From positions 80,414,001-80,478,000 of the forward strand of contig NC_043002.1 of the NCBI RefSeq assembly GCF_006345805.1: DNA of 64,000 nt. Direction: 5' to 3'. The stretch is from Octopus sinensis (taxonomy: Eukaryota). Below are positions 1 through 14,741 of this stretch, one piece after another. The translations under genes and the position numbers were made by a program. The stretch's first letter is position 1. Each line of letters starts with the position of its first letter. The notes below the pieces were generated by a model. It saw nothing but the letters and a program-made list of their open reading frames with translations. It did not search any database and was not told the origin of the DNA.

Positions 1-1012
1 TTCATCCACCTACAACACCTCCGTGATCGCTTCACACCGGCCAGCATGACAGCTCGCGAGACCAATGACACTGGATAGCGACCAATCAGCGACGACACGG
101 TACGACGTCCACTGGCCGCAAGCAACCTGCACTGGCGTTGTCCTGCTCGAGGCCCTGTCCTCACTGCCTGCCACCGTCAGGCACGACTACAATGGGCTAC
201 ACAGCACCGAAATTGGCAGTGTCAACAATAGAGATCGATAGTCTTCTCTGACGAGAGCCGGTACAGTGTACCACCTCGGTTGGCAGAGTGCGGATGTGGC
301 GCAGGAGTGATGAACGTTACAGAAACGCTTATGTCATGGAAAAAGGCGCGTGGGGTGGCTTGGGGTACTATAGGCCTGAATCAGAGAATTGAGTCCCATG
401 TGTCCCAAAATGTTGGAGGTGGCAGAAGGAATGGCTTCACAGCGCACCGCTACCTTGACCAGATCCTAAGACCTCACACCGTTCTCTTCTTCGCGCATCA
501 CCATACCCACGTGTTCCAGCAGGACAATATTCCCTTCTACACGATCAAGTTCACTATGGACTTCCTGCGTCATCGCAACATCAGAACCATGCCGTGACCG
601 GCTCTCAGCTCAGATTTAAACCTAACTAAACACCTGTGGCATGAAATCTGGAGACGACTGAACCAGCTGGTCCCAAGGTCGATAACTCGTGTGGAACTAG
701 AGGCTCTCCTCAGTGTGTGGGCACAGGTGCCAATGGCTTTTGTGAACCGCCTCATGCACTAAATGTACCAACGGTGTATAACCATTTTGAACACCCAGGG
801 AAGGCATATACGATATTGAACATGTCACGCCCTACAGTTTTGATGTGCTGGATCCACCCACTACCAGAACGCATGATCATGAGCCATAGATTGTGGTCAA
901 AGTGCATTTAAGAAATTAACTTTATCTGATTTATTAAAATTCATCTCTGACATAATGAAATTAAGACATATTTCAGTTACATGCGTCTCGCGTTTCTTTT
1001 ACGGTTCAGTGT
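1..1012 (+). mobile_element. Degenerate Tc1-like (DD34E) DNA transposon, 3' part with right TIR end
   Basis: Manual translation gives ...TVRRPLAASNLHWRCPARGPVLTACHRQARLQWA..VFSDESRY, then after a frameshift FQQDN..(34 aa)..P*PALSSDLNLTKHLW (catalytic E mutated to K). It has stops and frameshifts and ends in a TIR-like TTTCTTTTACGGTTCAGTGT at ~993-1012. Confidence 0.9.
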
Positions 1013-1013
1013 C

Positions 1014-1143
<130 letters not shown>

Positions 1144-1144
1144 T

Positions 1145-1245
1145 GGCCTGCTCGCTTAGCCAGCGGGGTGGTGTCATTGAAGGTTAAAACAAAAGGAAGC
1201 GCATTGGGACCAGCGGTGTGTAGCGACATCTGATAGCCTGGGCGG
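1145..1245 (+). mobile_element. Interspersed repeat fragment (SINE tail variant Y)
   Basis: GGCCTGCTCGCTTAGCCAGCGG...GAAGCGCATTG.GACCAGCG.TGTGTAGC recurs at 25155-25240. Confidence 0.7.
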
Positions 1246-1254
1246 ACACGATGA

Positions 1255-1295
<41 letters not shown>

Positions 1296-1413
1296 TATAC
1301 ATGTCTCTCTCCCTTTCTCTCTCTCTCTTTCGCTCTATCTGTAAACTACTTCTAACACTTTATACGTACATACATACATACATGCATACATTCATCATAC
1401 ATACATACATACA

Positions 1414-1447
<34 letters not shown>

Positions 1448-1984
1448 CATATATATACATACATATATATACGCACTTATATATCTGTGTATGTATATGT
1501 ACGTTTATATATTGTATTTTTATAACTGGCAGCATGACCCCCCTCCACAAATGCACAACGCTTGTGGGTGCACGCACGTCTACAGAAGAGGGCAGTGTTA
1601 GTTTAGAAAATTCACATTTTAGATATAGAAGCTATAGATGTGTTTTAAATCATTATTAGTACTTGGTAGTATAAAGACATCGATGACTTCGTCGCTTTGT
1701 TTAATTAATAAAGTGAATTAGTTACCTTAGTTTCTGTTTTTACTTTTATCGTTATAGATTATCCATATCTTAATTGGCAATATTCTACTCGTTATTTGAT
1801 GTTTGGTTTTATTTCTTCGCCGGAAAACATTACAAAGAGAATCTGACATATGCATAGCAACACTGCATGTGTATATGTATGATGCGAAATAACGTGGAAA
1901 GAAAGAGTAGTTAGATGAATATCAAGTCATTACAATCACTATTAGTTAGACTTAAGTCTGTCATGAGCATCTGGTTTCAAAAGG

Positions 1985-2220
1985 CCTGAGCTTAAACGGG
2001 TCTATGGCGTATGGTTATAACACTCCCATTCAAAATGGGATGCAGATCCGTGGGAGGTTTAACTCTCCAGTTGTTCCTGGAAAACCGTTTGCATTTAGAT
2101 GAACTGGAGCAACGTGAAGTGAAGTGCTTTGCGGAAGAAAATAACGACAACTCTACACCTGGGAATCGAAACCATAAACTTACGATCGTCAGTGCAACGG
2201 CATGACCCCTAAGGCACGAA
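1985..2220 (-). mobile_element. tRNA-derived SINE, family C, 5' part
   Basis: Minus strand has a tRNA-like head with B-box-like GGTTTCGATTCCC, then the CACTTCACGTTGCTCCAGT core shared with 38270-38596 and 39497-39808. Confidence 0.75.
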
Positions 2221-2683
2221 GTTCAGAGTTCAGAATGATTTGCAAAATATAAAACTGAACGCTGGCCTCTTATCAAAGAAAACAGTGTATCAAATGTTAT
2301 GGCATCAGTTAAGGTATCTTGAGGGAGATATTGTTGATAAGCCACTTACAGCTAGTAATATAGTACAAATTCAAATAACGATGTCTGTAAAGAAGCAGAA
2401 TCGAACTATTTGATGCTCCATATGATGTCATAAGACTCTATGGCTTAAATTAAATGTTTTATTCTCACACATTGTGCCTATTCACATGTTATATATGTAA
2501 TTCTTATTCTCTGTGTGTACGTGAGTATCCGTGTATGAATGACGTGTATGTGTATGCCTTTCTCCCCTGATATACATATATATGTGTGTGTTTGTGTGTA
2601 TGTGTGGTTCTATGTGCGTGTATAATTATATATAAATGTGTATCTATACATATATCTATCTATCTTCTATCTATCTATCTATT

Positions 2684-2728
<45 letters not shown>

Positions 2729-2951
2729 TATATATATAGAGAGAGAGAGAGAGAGAGATACATATATACATATATACATATATACACATATATACATATA
2801 TACATATATATATGTGTGTGTGTGTGTATATGTATATATATATATATACATATATCATTTTTATTATTTGTATACACGCATACATAAAGGCACGCACACT
2901 CATATATATACATGTGTTTTGTAGGTGTGTGTGAATGTGTGTATATACATT

Positions 2952-2990
<39 letters not shown>

Positions 2991-4141
2991 CTGTGTGTGT
3001 GTGTATGTGTGTGGTGTGTGTGTGTATGTATATATATCATGTTTACATGATGTATAACACGTATGAGCACAACCGAATGTGCGCACGTGTGTAAGTTATA
3101 GAGGCATCATTTTCAGAAATTGCGCAAAAGCGTATGTGCGTCTGCGCATGTAGTGATATCAATATAGTTGCATACGCGTCTTCTCATTCTTTGAATGAAA
3201 GTTGTTATTGTTTTTCCCCTTCCAACTTCACCCGATTTTCATCCACATTCTCTTCCCCACTTTCTGCGTCTTCACGTTTTACAAAGCATTAGGGAATGTA
3301 TCTCCTGCGTTATATTGAAAAATATCCAGAAAATTTTCTGCAAAACCTAGCGAGAAAATTGTTTCTTAGCCACAATTACGGAGCAATCATCAGTGTCTGT
3401 TTGTTATAACAATACTCTCTTCGCTCACATTCCTTTATTTGAAATAAAATTAATTCATTAGATTCTACCATTACATATTTTTCATCAGTAATTACATATA
3501 TATATATATATTTATATATATACACATACTCACACGCACTTACATACTACATACATTCGTACGTAATAACTATATGTAATATATATATATCATATTATAT
3601 ATTATGCATACGTGCACATGCACAGACACATATGTACACAAATATATATGAAAATTATGGCAGTTTAGGAGTAATTTTTGGTGAATCAAAAGGCATCTCT
3701 TATTGATATAAAATTCTAAATAAAGTAAAGAAAAAAAGAAAATAATTGAAGAATTGTTGAATAAAAGAAAAGAAAACTGATTTTTATATTAAACAGTTAG
3801 TTTAATAAATAGAAATATAAAAATGGGCGAAATGGTATATAAAGAAATTTTTTAAATGAAACAAGAGAAATAGGGAATAAATAAATAAATAAAGAAAGTA
3901 AGAAAGCAAGAAAGAAAAAAAGACAGAAGGAGAGAAATGATGTTGTATGGGAAACGTATGTATTACGTTTTGTTCAAGTTTGCTGTAAAAATTAATAACA
4001 GACGGGCTTTTGTAACTTTATATTTATAATCTGGAATAGCAATGACACGTACATTCTTGTACAAACCCACAAGCATATGCACACACCAATTTGCACATTT
4101 ACACGCACATATAGATATACACACACACACACACATATATA

Positions 4142-4205
<64 letters not shown>

Positions 4206-4338
4206 TGTGTGTGCATATTCATACATATATATGTGTGTATATATATGTGTATGAGTGCGCGTGTGGTGTGATATGTCTAAACGCAAATATATTTGCATAT
4301 TTTCATATTTATGTGTGTATGCTTCTCTCTCTCTCTCC

Positions 4339-4370
<32 letters not shown>

Positions 4371-4488
4371 TATATATATATATATATAAGTGTATAAGTG
4401 TATGTGGGGCGAGTAAATACCCCCCTCTCTCTATGTGTGCTTGTGTGTGTGTGTGTGAGTTAAATATGTGTGTTTGTGTGGGTGTATT

Positions 4489-4524
<36 letters not shown>

Positions 4525-5469
4525 TGTGCTTGTGCATAAACCTCTGAGGAATATTACTTGAATATTTTCCCTGTCGAAAATCCCTTCATGTGCTGGCAAA
4601 TTACCTAACGTCATCATCACTCGGATTACACAGCAGCAATTTCCATCGAGGCCTTTATATATATACATATATATATATACACCAAAAAAATACCCACTCA
4701 ATTCCGACTGCATCCTCCCTAACAATTTAACTCGTAATCAACTGTTTTATAGAAGCAGACACGTGCAGCACATAATTTGACGTATAACAATACCCTATGC
4801 ATTAAATATGCTTTTATTAACTTAACTCTTGTTTTGGGATGCAGATAACGTCGTTGAATATTTTTTTCCCTAAACAATTCTATTTGTCTAGGACATCCAA
4901 TATATTCTCTTCTAGATTTACACAGTGACTTGTTCATTGTCATATAGGCTTGTACGACTTTATGTATACGTGACGGAAAAATCACTATAAGTCCAATGCT
5001 TTTCCGCTGTTGTCTACCGAAAATGAAGAAATAATTAAAATAGTATTAATGATTAGTTATTATCTTTAGATAATGAATTAACTAAAATCTAATTATTACA
5101 CCATGGTTAAGTGAAAAAAAAAATTCGATTACCGGCCCTGGTGTCAAGCAAGTACACTTTTTTTGTTTTTGCCTTCTCTTTGTTCATCGAAATCTCTATA
5201 AATATTCTTTCAAGATACACCTCCACGTTTACTCGCATGTGCACACATATAACTTTGCAAATGCATGCATATATGATTACATATATGATATTGTTTTCAT
5301 TGCAATAAGAGTCTTAAGTCTAGGTTACAAACCGGCTCTTAGATACATACATACATACATACATACATACATTCATACATACATACATACATACATACAT
5401 ACATACATACATACATTCATACATACATACATACATACATACATACATACATACATACATACATACATA

Positions 5470-5698
5470 GTAAATGCTTGAAGGAGACTCTGGATAAATT
5501 GGGATTTTTAGAAAGTGAAACTGACCAGCTGATTCGTACATTACAAGTCCAATCTGTGAGGGGAACAATAAAAATATGCAAGACTTTTCTCATGTTCCAA
5601 ATGTGAATTTGTCCCAAAGATGGAGCCTTCTATCTTTGTTGGAAACTGGCTCCCTCCTCAGTAGAAGATTTATAATATTCAAAACTAGAAGAGACACA
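5470..5698 (+). mobile_element. Putative non-LTR retrotransposon 3' end embedded in (TACA)n
   Basis: Encodes KCLKETLDKLGFLESETDQLIRTLQVQSV/GTIKICKTFLMFQM*. Homologous to 13861-14100. Flanked on both sides by (TACA)n. Confidence 0.65.
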
Positions 5699-6424
5699 CA
5701 CATACATACATACATACATACATACATACATACATACATACATACATACATACATACATACATACATACATACATACATACAATGGGAGTTCATTTATTG
5801 CACTAAAATCCTCTAAGGCAATGCACCAGGTTGGCCGAATTTCAATCATTGAAACACGTAAAACATAAAAGATAACACATTTCAAAATTAGTCCTAACCA
5901 GAGAAGGAAGGGAGTTAACTGCAAAATCCAAATCGTTAAGAAAATATTGAATGGAGCAAGAGCGCAGAGTACATGTATATGTTCTATATGGAACATCCCT
6001 GCCGTATAATATAATATTATAATGGATGTCTATGTATATGCGTCTATATGTTTGTGTGTGTTTACATGTGTGAGAGTTAGTTCGCCTATGTCTGTCTGTT
6101 TGTGGCTGTGTATGTGAGCGTTTTCGTTCTTAAATTCACGAAGAATTTGTCCCTATATTAACAACGTGGTTAATGTCATGTACTGTATATTTATATGTGA
6201 GTAACGTAACGACTGTTTGTGTATTATATGTAGGAAATATGATGTGTGCTCTGAATTTTGTTAATTAGCTGAAGATTTAGAGATGACTGTGGGTGGTCTG
6301 TGTGCTTAAACGGAATATGCTATGGATATTTTCGCAAATTATATTTATTGTTGTATGCATAAGTGTAAATATCAGTTTCAAGACTTCTCTGTCTGCACAT
6401 AAATATTTGTTCATATATAACATA

Positions 6425-6500
<76 letters not shown>

Positions 6501-6990
6501 TCATGAATAAGTATATTGACATATATACACATATGTATATAAGTACAACATATACATATATACATACATGAATAAACGCATTCATATAGTCATGTCGTGT
6601 ATGTATGCATCTGTACTTACGTTTGTACATATGTGTATATATATATATATATATATACATACACACACATATACACGTGATGAATCTGTGTTAATGGCGT
6701 TTGTGCTGATTATGAGAAAAAGAAATGTTTTATTCAAGATCTCAGAGATAGGCAAAGTGATGAATTAAGTCCTAGTATTACTACTTATACTTAATTCATT
6801 ATTAGGTGTATCACCAGAAGACAGACTAATTTCTACCTACTTACTACTACTACTACTACTACTACAACAACAATAATAATAATAATAATAATAATATAAT
6901 AATAATAATAATAAAATAATAATAATAATACTGAGAAAGAAGAAGAAGAAGAAGAAGAAGAAGAAGAAGAAGAAGAAGAAGAAGAAGAAG

Positions 6991-7992
6991 AATGAGAAAA
7001 CCCGTGCTACAACTGCTCCCTTAGATATTCTGACTGATAAATGGCAAGAAATCCCTCTCAATGGCAAATACCGAAAGAGATGAATAATGCCGATGTTGAC
7101 AAAGACTTTACCCATCAGTGGCTAATGGCTTCTGACTTAAAATCGGAAACAGAAGGGCTTATCATAGCAGCCCAAGATCAATGCCTACCTACAAGTAACT
7201 ACCAAGCCAACATATTATAGAACGGCAGCTTACCAACATGCCTTGTATGTCAACCACAACATGAAACCATTGATTATTTTGTCTCTATGTGTAGTCTTTT
7301 AGCGTCTACCGAATATCTCAACAGGCATGATCCAGCTGCACAATATATTCACTGGGTAATTTGCGGACTTGCCCCATGATAAAAACAGGTGGGAACACAA
7401 ACCACCTCCAGTGCTTGAAAATGGTCACAATTCACTCCTCTGGAAATTTCACCATTCAAACTGACAGAAAGATAGATGCAAATAGGCCAGACATCATATT
7501 GAAAGACTTCAAACAAAAATCATGCCTCCTCATTGATATGACTGCCCCAATCGATATAAACGCATCTGTCAAGACCTACAAAAACTGAGCAAGTATAAAG
7601 ATCTTGAAATAGAAATTAGCAAAGTTTGGAACCGGAAGACTAAAACAGTACCTGTTGTCATAGGTGCCCTAAGAATGATAGCAAAAGGAACTAATTGCTA
7701 CCTAGCTCAGGCACCAGGAAACCCTAAAATGGCAGAAATTCAAAAGATAGTGCTCATGCGAACTGCCCATATCCTACGTAAAACATTGTCTATGTAATCT
7801 CAAATGTTAAAACAAGCATAATTTTCTTATGGCTTCTTAAACATTCTCTAGAACAATACTATGTGCAAACCAAATATATGGCACCCTAAGCATAACACCA
7901 ACATGAACTTCTAACTTGTTGTCTCTTGAGGTCTCTGGGTGAGACTAGGAGCCAACTTGTACAAATACAAAGCAAAGTTCAAACATAAACTA
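6991..7992 (+). mobile_element. 5'-truncated R4/Dong-like REL-endonuclease LINE (zinc knuckle + restriction-like endonuclease)
   Basis: WLMASDLKSETEGLIIAAQDQ, CLVC..ETIDY..C knuckle, RHD, NRPDIILKD..LIDMTAP, KLSKYKDLEIEI, VPVVIGAL, RTAHILRK. Stop at 7795-7797, ~190 bp 3'UTR, then (TAA)n. Frameshifted. Confidence 0.9.
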
Positions 7993-8071
7993 ATAATAAT
8001 AATAATAATAATAATAATAAGAAGAAGAAGAAGAAGAAGAAGAAGAATAAGAATAAGAATAATAATAATAA

Positions 8072-8190
8072 CAATCGAAGGTTGTGGTCAAAGAAGACAG
8101 CAGACATGATACCAATAGTAATTGCTGCACTTGGAAGTATCAGCACTCAACTACCAGTATGGTTAAAAAAGATCGTTGGGAGCAAAATTA
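8072..8190 (+). mobile_element. Second R4/Dong-like LINE C-terminal fragment
   Basis: NRRLWSKKTADMIPIVIAALGSISTQLPVWLKKI directly after an (AAT)n tract. Confidence 0.65.
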
Positions 8191-9017
8191 GAAATAAAAT
8201 GAATCTTAAGATTTATGAATAAGGAAATCAAGTACATGATGATTATACACTGGAAATGCTAAAATAATTTTCAAAAATAAGTATTCCTTTCTGTCTGTGA
8301 ATGAAAGTTCCAAAGATAAAACTCAATGATAAAATAGCAACAGCGATTTTTAAAAAGTCTTCACCATGTAATTTTTGTCATGATGAAAACAGACGTGAAC
8401 AGCAATACTACCAGTTTAATTTTACTGTTATTTGTAGGAACCACAGGAATTCCTGAGGGAAGTGGATGCATTTTCAGAGTTACTCTTATAAGAATATCAA
8501 AATATTTGCAAATAAGATGGAAAACATAGCGAAAAAAATGGAGAAAGTGCGTTTAATACATGATGAAATCAATAATGAACAACAATTCAACTCTTGTTCG
8601 AGATCAACTAAAAATTTTAAGGACTTCGAACTGAATACTACGATTCGTTTGGACTGAGTTTCTCTGATAGTGCCCCTTTTCACATATTATGGCTTAAACC
8701 ATTTATTACTTAACTTGCCCTCTATGCACATTGAAAGATTTAATTCCCTCTCTTCGACGACCCAATGCAAGAGACAGGTGGAGGAACTTTTATATTGTCA
8801 CCTAGTGTGCTCGAAACAGAAGCGAAATCTCCCTCAAGTAACACTCTATCACAGAAAAAAGAAGAATGGCAATGACACTGTGGATAAATTTGAGGAAAAA
8901 ATGTTATGATGGTCACGGCTGAAACATCTTTGATTTTATGTTTATCTCCTTTCGGCTTTAAAAGCATAAGGAGCATAAGCAAATAACAACACAACGTAAG
9001 TGTTCGTATTCACATGT

Positions 9018-9117
9018 NNNNNNNNNNNNNNNNNNNNNNNNNNNNNNNNNNNNNNNNNNNNNNNNNNNNNNNNNNNNNNNNNNNNNNNNNNNNNNNNNNN
9101 NNNNNNNNNNNNNNNNN
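9018..9117. other. Assembly gap (100 N)
   Basis: Run of N. Confidence 1.
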
Positions 9118-9814
9118 ATCGTTTCATGCAACTCCATTTAAATGAACAATGCAATCATTACATCAATTTTAAATGCAGAGCAATCTTCAGCTGCACAAAG
9201 AGATGAAGTTAATTAAATTAGAACAGATGGACACATTAGTATAAGTATACCTAAAATCTCCAAGAAGTTAAAGAGATAGACAAAGAATAGGCTGTCCCTC
9301 TCCAGTATAGGAGTTACTAAGTTTTCAAGAAGATATACATTGTTACAGATTCTGCCTGTCACTAACTCTTTTGTTTTTATGGGGTCAGCTTTAATTTATT
9401 CACTAGTTTATCAAATCCCTTGTATATCTAAGGCTGAGAGAACAGAGGGCAGTATCTGTCAGGGGTAGGGCTGAAGAAGCAGACAGACATCATAGTTGGT
9501 ATAGTCATAAAAATCAAGACTTATTAGAATCAATATGATGAGGCTTGGTAAAGGAAAAACTTGAAACAAGATGTTAGCTGAAAATTAAGGGGGAGCAGGC
9601 CATTGACAATGAAACAGGGGAAGTTTTATCATGTAGTACTATAGCTAAATATTTTTAACAATGTTGCTATATTGTATACACTTAAAGTATATGGTTATTC
9701 AGAGGATTACTAAGAAGATTATTATAACAAAAGGAAAGAAATTTATGAATACTTTTGAGTATATACCAATCTTTTACCACAATAGAGGGAGGAAAAGAAA
9801 TTATCCAGAAATAG

Positions 9815-9864
<50 letters not shown>

Positions 9865-10260
9865 CTGTTGGTCTCTTGTCCCTTTCGCCAATAAAGATTC
9901 ACGAAGACGCACCTACACAGTGGTTTCAGTTCAGTTTTGTGTCATTCAGGTAAGATTTCTGAATGCCTTGTTGTCGTTGTTTGTTGGACAATCTTCCTGA
10001 TTCAAACTGCATACACACTGATATATATTCAAGTTGATTTAAATCTTGGTATATTTGGAGTAATGAGCGCATATGTTCTCGTTTCAATGTCATGAGTCCA
10101 AAATTATTTCAACACAAGACAAAGAATTGCTTCTGACATAAAAAGAATTTATGCTGAGCTAGGTTGTATTGCGCACATATCCACACTCACTGACACATAC
10201 ACCAACATGTATCTATATATACTGAAGTGTATGTAGATATGTATATGAATACATGTAAGC

Positions 10261-10295
<35 letters not shown>

Positions 10296-10394
10296 TGTAT
10301 GTATGTATGTATGTATGTATGTATGTATGTATGTATGTATGTATGTATGTATGGATGGATGGATGGATGGATGTATATGTGTATGCATGGAGAC

Positions 10395-10550
10395 AGGTGT
10401 ATGAACAACAAACGGGTGTATTAATTTGACGTTCGGGAAAAATGAAAAAGTTTCTTACGTTTCGAGCCTACGTTCTTCAACAAAGAAATAGGAGAAAATA
10501 AACAGAGAGAGAATGTAAAAAAATTTGTAGATTTCAGCGATCCAGCATGG
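10395..10550 (-). mobile_element. Repeat family D with degenerate minimal hammerhead-like motif
   Basis: Minus strand TTTCT-TTGTTGA-AGAACGTAGGCTC-GAAACGTA-AGAAA. Related copies at 44760-44900 and 47960-48110. Confidence 0.55.
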
Positions 10551-11654
10551 GGAATATTTATATATATTCATATACATGTAAACATAGATCTATGTGAGTA
10601 TACACATACATGCACACCACACGCTTGTAATGAAATTTGTTACTGCAGGGAGCGACATTTCTTCAAATCATACATGACCATTTAAAATTTTAAAAGACTG
10701 CATCACATAAAGTGTCCGAAACATTATGTAGGTTGTACTTGATCAGGGCTGACCTGTTACCAATTGACAATAAAATCGCTTTCGCAAGAATAGTATAACG
10801 TTAGTAAACGAATTTCTCCGCACAACATATTTAACTGCCGTTATAGACATTCGAAAGAGATGACTTTCTTTTTTTCCTATTTCAACAATTCTTCTACATT
10901 TCCCGGCTCAGTTCGTTCCAAAATATTTCTGAGGTAGAAAAACAACCTACGCAGCTTCATATAATTATTTTCTGTAATAATGAGATTTTATGCTTTATAA
11001 ATTATTCAAGAGAAGTATAGCTTACATAGATTGGTGTTGTTGATTCTTTACAGCTTAAGTACTGCAGCACAACTTTGTGAGGATAAGGATATGTGTTTTA
11101 CCAATTCTTCCTCTAAATGAATCCAGTAACTAATAGATGGCGGTAAACCGGAAACTGAATTTGACCCACCGCTATGTTTATACTAACATTGCTATACATT
11201 TCTCTATCTGCAAGATTATTCTCGCTGCTTTCTTTTAGAAACCAATTTTTCTTACATTATAATAAAAGCCTTAACGCAGCTTATTTGTCAATGAATTGTT
11301 AATTTTAGCTGATACAGTTAATTTACAAACGAATATGGGGTCCTTTTCGTAACCGTGTTCATGCTGATGTATTAAGTTTTATGAACAACATGGTAGTCAA
11401 GTTCTCCAAATAGAAACTGGAAAACACACGTTACGATGATTAATTGGTATATTTCCATCACATTGAAGCAGATTCTGGGCTCATTAGTTGGCTCGCATTT
11501 GGGTGCGACAGTTAGCCACTCCTGACGGTTTCTCACAATTTTCATTGGCTAATATTGTTAGAAGTTTCCTTTGATGTTATTATGTCAATTACCCATGTAA
11601 ATGTGGCATACATACATGTACAAATTTATACGCACACACACATACACACACACA

Positions 11655-11717
<63 letters not shown>

Positions 11718-11759
11718 GGATATATATACACACACATATTATATATATAGAGAGAGAGA

Positions 11760-11939
11760 AATAGATAGATATAGAGGTAGATAGACAGATACATAGATAG
11801 ATGGATTATAGATAGATAGATAGAGATAGATAGATGAGATAGATATACAGACAGACTATAGATAGATAATAGATAGATAGATATAAGATATATAGATAAG
11901 ATAGATAGAAGATAGATAGATTAGATCGATGAATAGATC

Positions 11940-11979
<40 letters not shown>

Positions 11980-12048
11980 TAGATACAGATATACAGACAG
12001 ACAGACAAATAGATAAATAGATAGATAGATAGATAGATAATAGATATA

Positions 12049-12080
<32 letters not shown>

Positions 12081-12082
12081 AT
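11760..12082. repeat. Degenerate (AGAT)n microsatellite
   Basis: Visible. Similar tracts at 13303-13460, 16222-16298, 16694-16803 and 27836-27918. Confidence 0.95.
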
Positions 12083-12960
12083 AGTATGCATATGCATATA
12101 TATAAGTATATATATAATGTATGAATGTGTATACACGCACATATATATATACACATACATATATACATATACTTGTATCAATAGCAATGGCCGAATAAAC
12201 TGAATTCCTATATATCAATCGATAGTTTATTCAGTGTAAAAATTATTATTTAGATAGAAAAGAAAAACACAAAACTACACAATCTACAATCATTCATATT
12301 ATATTACACTAAATAATGAACAAACATCATTATAAAGACTTATTGGTTGTGTCTTAACGACAAAAGAAGCTCTTCACTTGGGAAGTGTCTTAAAAGCGTT
12401 ATTAATGTTCCCAGTGTTAATGGTGTACATGTAATCCAATATGAAGGCGAGGTGCTGTATTATGCATATGTAATGTTATATTTATATTCATTTATTTGTC
12501 CAATTTTCCCAAAATTCACGCTGTCTTTAGTTGATATTTTACGTGACTAGTGCTGAGTTTAAATTTCACTGTCAATTATAAATAGCTTAACGCTACCTCA
12601 TTTTCTTTAGCAGATCTTATCATAGGCAATCAAAGGGCATTTGAGGAAGAAAAAAAAAGACAGAGAGAGAAAGAAAAAGATTCCATGTGCGTTATTCCTC
12701 ATCATTCAAAATTTTTCAAAGGTAATATATAACTCTTGTCAGTTATATGTTTTCGATAAGAGCATATAAATACCGCAAGCAGATTTCGTTACGCTTTAAA
12801 AGAGCGTGGACGACAAGAACTGTAACAGCATGAGCAACAAGAAAATTCTACTTCAACCATCGAAGATATGTTAACTTGATTATAAACGGAGTAGAATATA
12901 ATGAGTAAATAATTAAACTGGAACAACATATATTATATATATATATATATATAGATATAT

Positions 12961-13008
<48 letters not shown>

Positions 13009-13302
13009 TATATATGAATATGAAAACACACACTCATACACACATACACACACTATAGTAATGCACATATATACCACACACATAAACAAAAATTTCCACA
13101 TGCACGTGTGCTTGTATGAAGTAAACTGTGAGCAGAAATTAATGGATTCACTTGAAAGAAAATAAATAGTATTATATTTGTAAATGATTTATAGGATAAT
13201 TAAACAAAACCTAGATGAATAAATTGGGCGTGTGGTTGTTGAAATAATACATGGGATGATAGGCAGACATAGGTAGAAAGATATAGTACTAGAATTATAA
13301 AG

Positions 13303-13362
<60 letters not shown>

Positions 13363-13379
13363 GGATAGATGGATAGATG

Positions 13380-13460
<81 letters not shown>

Positions 13461-13860
13461 AAGAATAGATAAATCGATATCCAAACTTATCCACAGTTAC
13501 AGTACAGAAGTGTATTCATAATGTTTGGTATATACAAATAGAAAACAAAAACAAAAAACAGGTACAAACATCTGTATTCCTATAGAGTTGCATAAGAAAG
13601 TAAAATATACTCTCGCGATTATACGCACACACATGCATGCATGCGTACGTACATACATACATGCATAATACATACATACATACATACATACATACATACA
13701 TACATACATACATACATACATACATACATACATACATACATACATACATACATACATACAAACATACATACATACATAAGTACATAAATACATACATACA
13801 TACATACATACATACATACATACATACATACATACATACATAAGTACATAAATACATACA

Positions 13861-14100
13861 TTCAATGCTTAACTGCCAGTCTGGATAAACTTGGATTTTC
13901 AGAAAAAGAAATCACCCAACTGATTTGCACATTACAAATACAAACTGTAAGTGGCACAGTAAAACTATGCAAGACTTTTCTCAAGTTCAAACTATGACAT
14001 TATTTCCGATATCTAAATTCCAAAGGTTGAGCTTTGAATCTTTGTTAAAAACCAGCACGTTCAGTGGTAGAAGTTAACTGATTAAACTCAATAGAGACAG
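13861..14100 (+). mobile_element. Putative non-LTR retrotransposon 3' end embedded in (TACA)n
   Basis: Open frame 13863-13997: QCLTASLDKLGFSEKEITQLICTLQIQTVSGTVKLCKTFLKFKL*. Preceded by a long (TACA)n tract and ends at GACAGACATAC. Paralog of 5470-5698. Confidence 0.65.
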
Positions 14101-14445
14101 ACATACAAAGAAATACGTATATTCTAGATATTAAACACCTGTAGAGGGATATTTTATGTTCTGATTACGAAGAACATCAAACCAAATGATACACAGTAAA
14201 TGTGTAAATCTGCTAACAATATTAGTGAAGTAATTTTTCAATATAATTCTGTCTTCTAAGGATAGTTTTCTTATTACTTAAATTTTATGTCAACAGAAAT
14301 CCTTGCAAAATCAATTTCTTCAAGCATGCATGTTTAACACGACTGTAAATTACACACACACACACCACACACGTTCACACACACACAAGCGCGCGCACAC
14401 CAAACACCTTGGAGTCTCATCAAAAGCATATGGTTGCTCAAAAAG

Positions 14446-14480
<35 letters not shown>

Positions 14481-14741
14481 ATATATATATAATATGCATG
14501 CTATTATCAATTCATACATTCATAGGAATACACTCGCATTCATAAAACGTAGTTCCCATTCTGTATTTGCAGTAAATGATATTAATTCTCCAGAATTAAG
14601 ACAGTGCAATAAATTCTCGTCTTTCTTTTAATACATGCTTTCTTTGCGAGTAATATACTTGAATATGAATTTCAACTAAAATGTATAGTTTTCTTCTTAA
14701 CGATAAACGATTTTTACACCCGCGCGCACGTATGTATTATT

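Noticed and set aside
3360-3400. Minus-strand CTGATGA...GAAAC hammerhead-like spacing
   Set aside because: Stem I does not pair, stem II is weak and stem III is broken, so it is indistinguishable from chance.
4719-4985. ORF with REYIGC resembling a GIY-YIG motif
   Set aside because: Only a short motif matches, and no other PLE endonuclease residues are recognisable.
8466-8909. Short K/N-rich ORFs before the gap
   Set aside because: No motif recognised; lengths are compatible with chance in AT-rich DNA.
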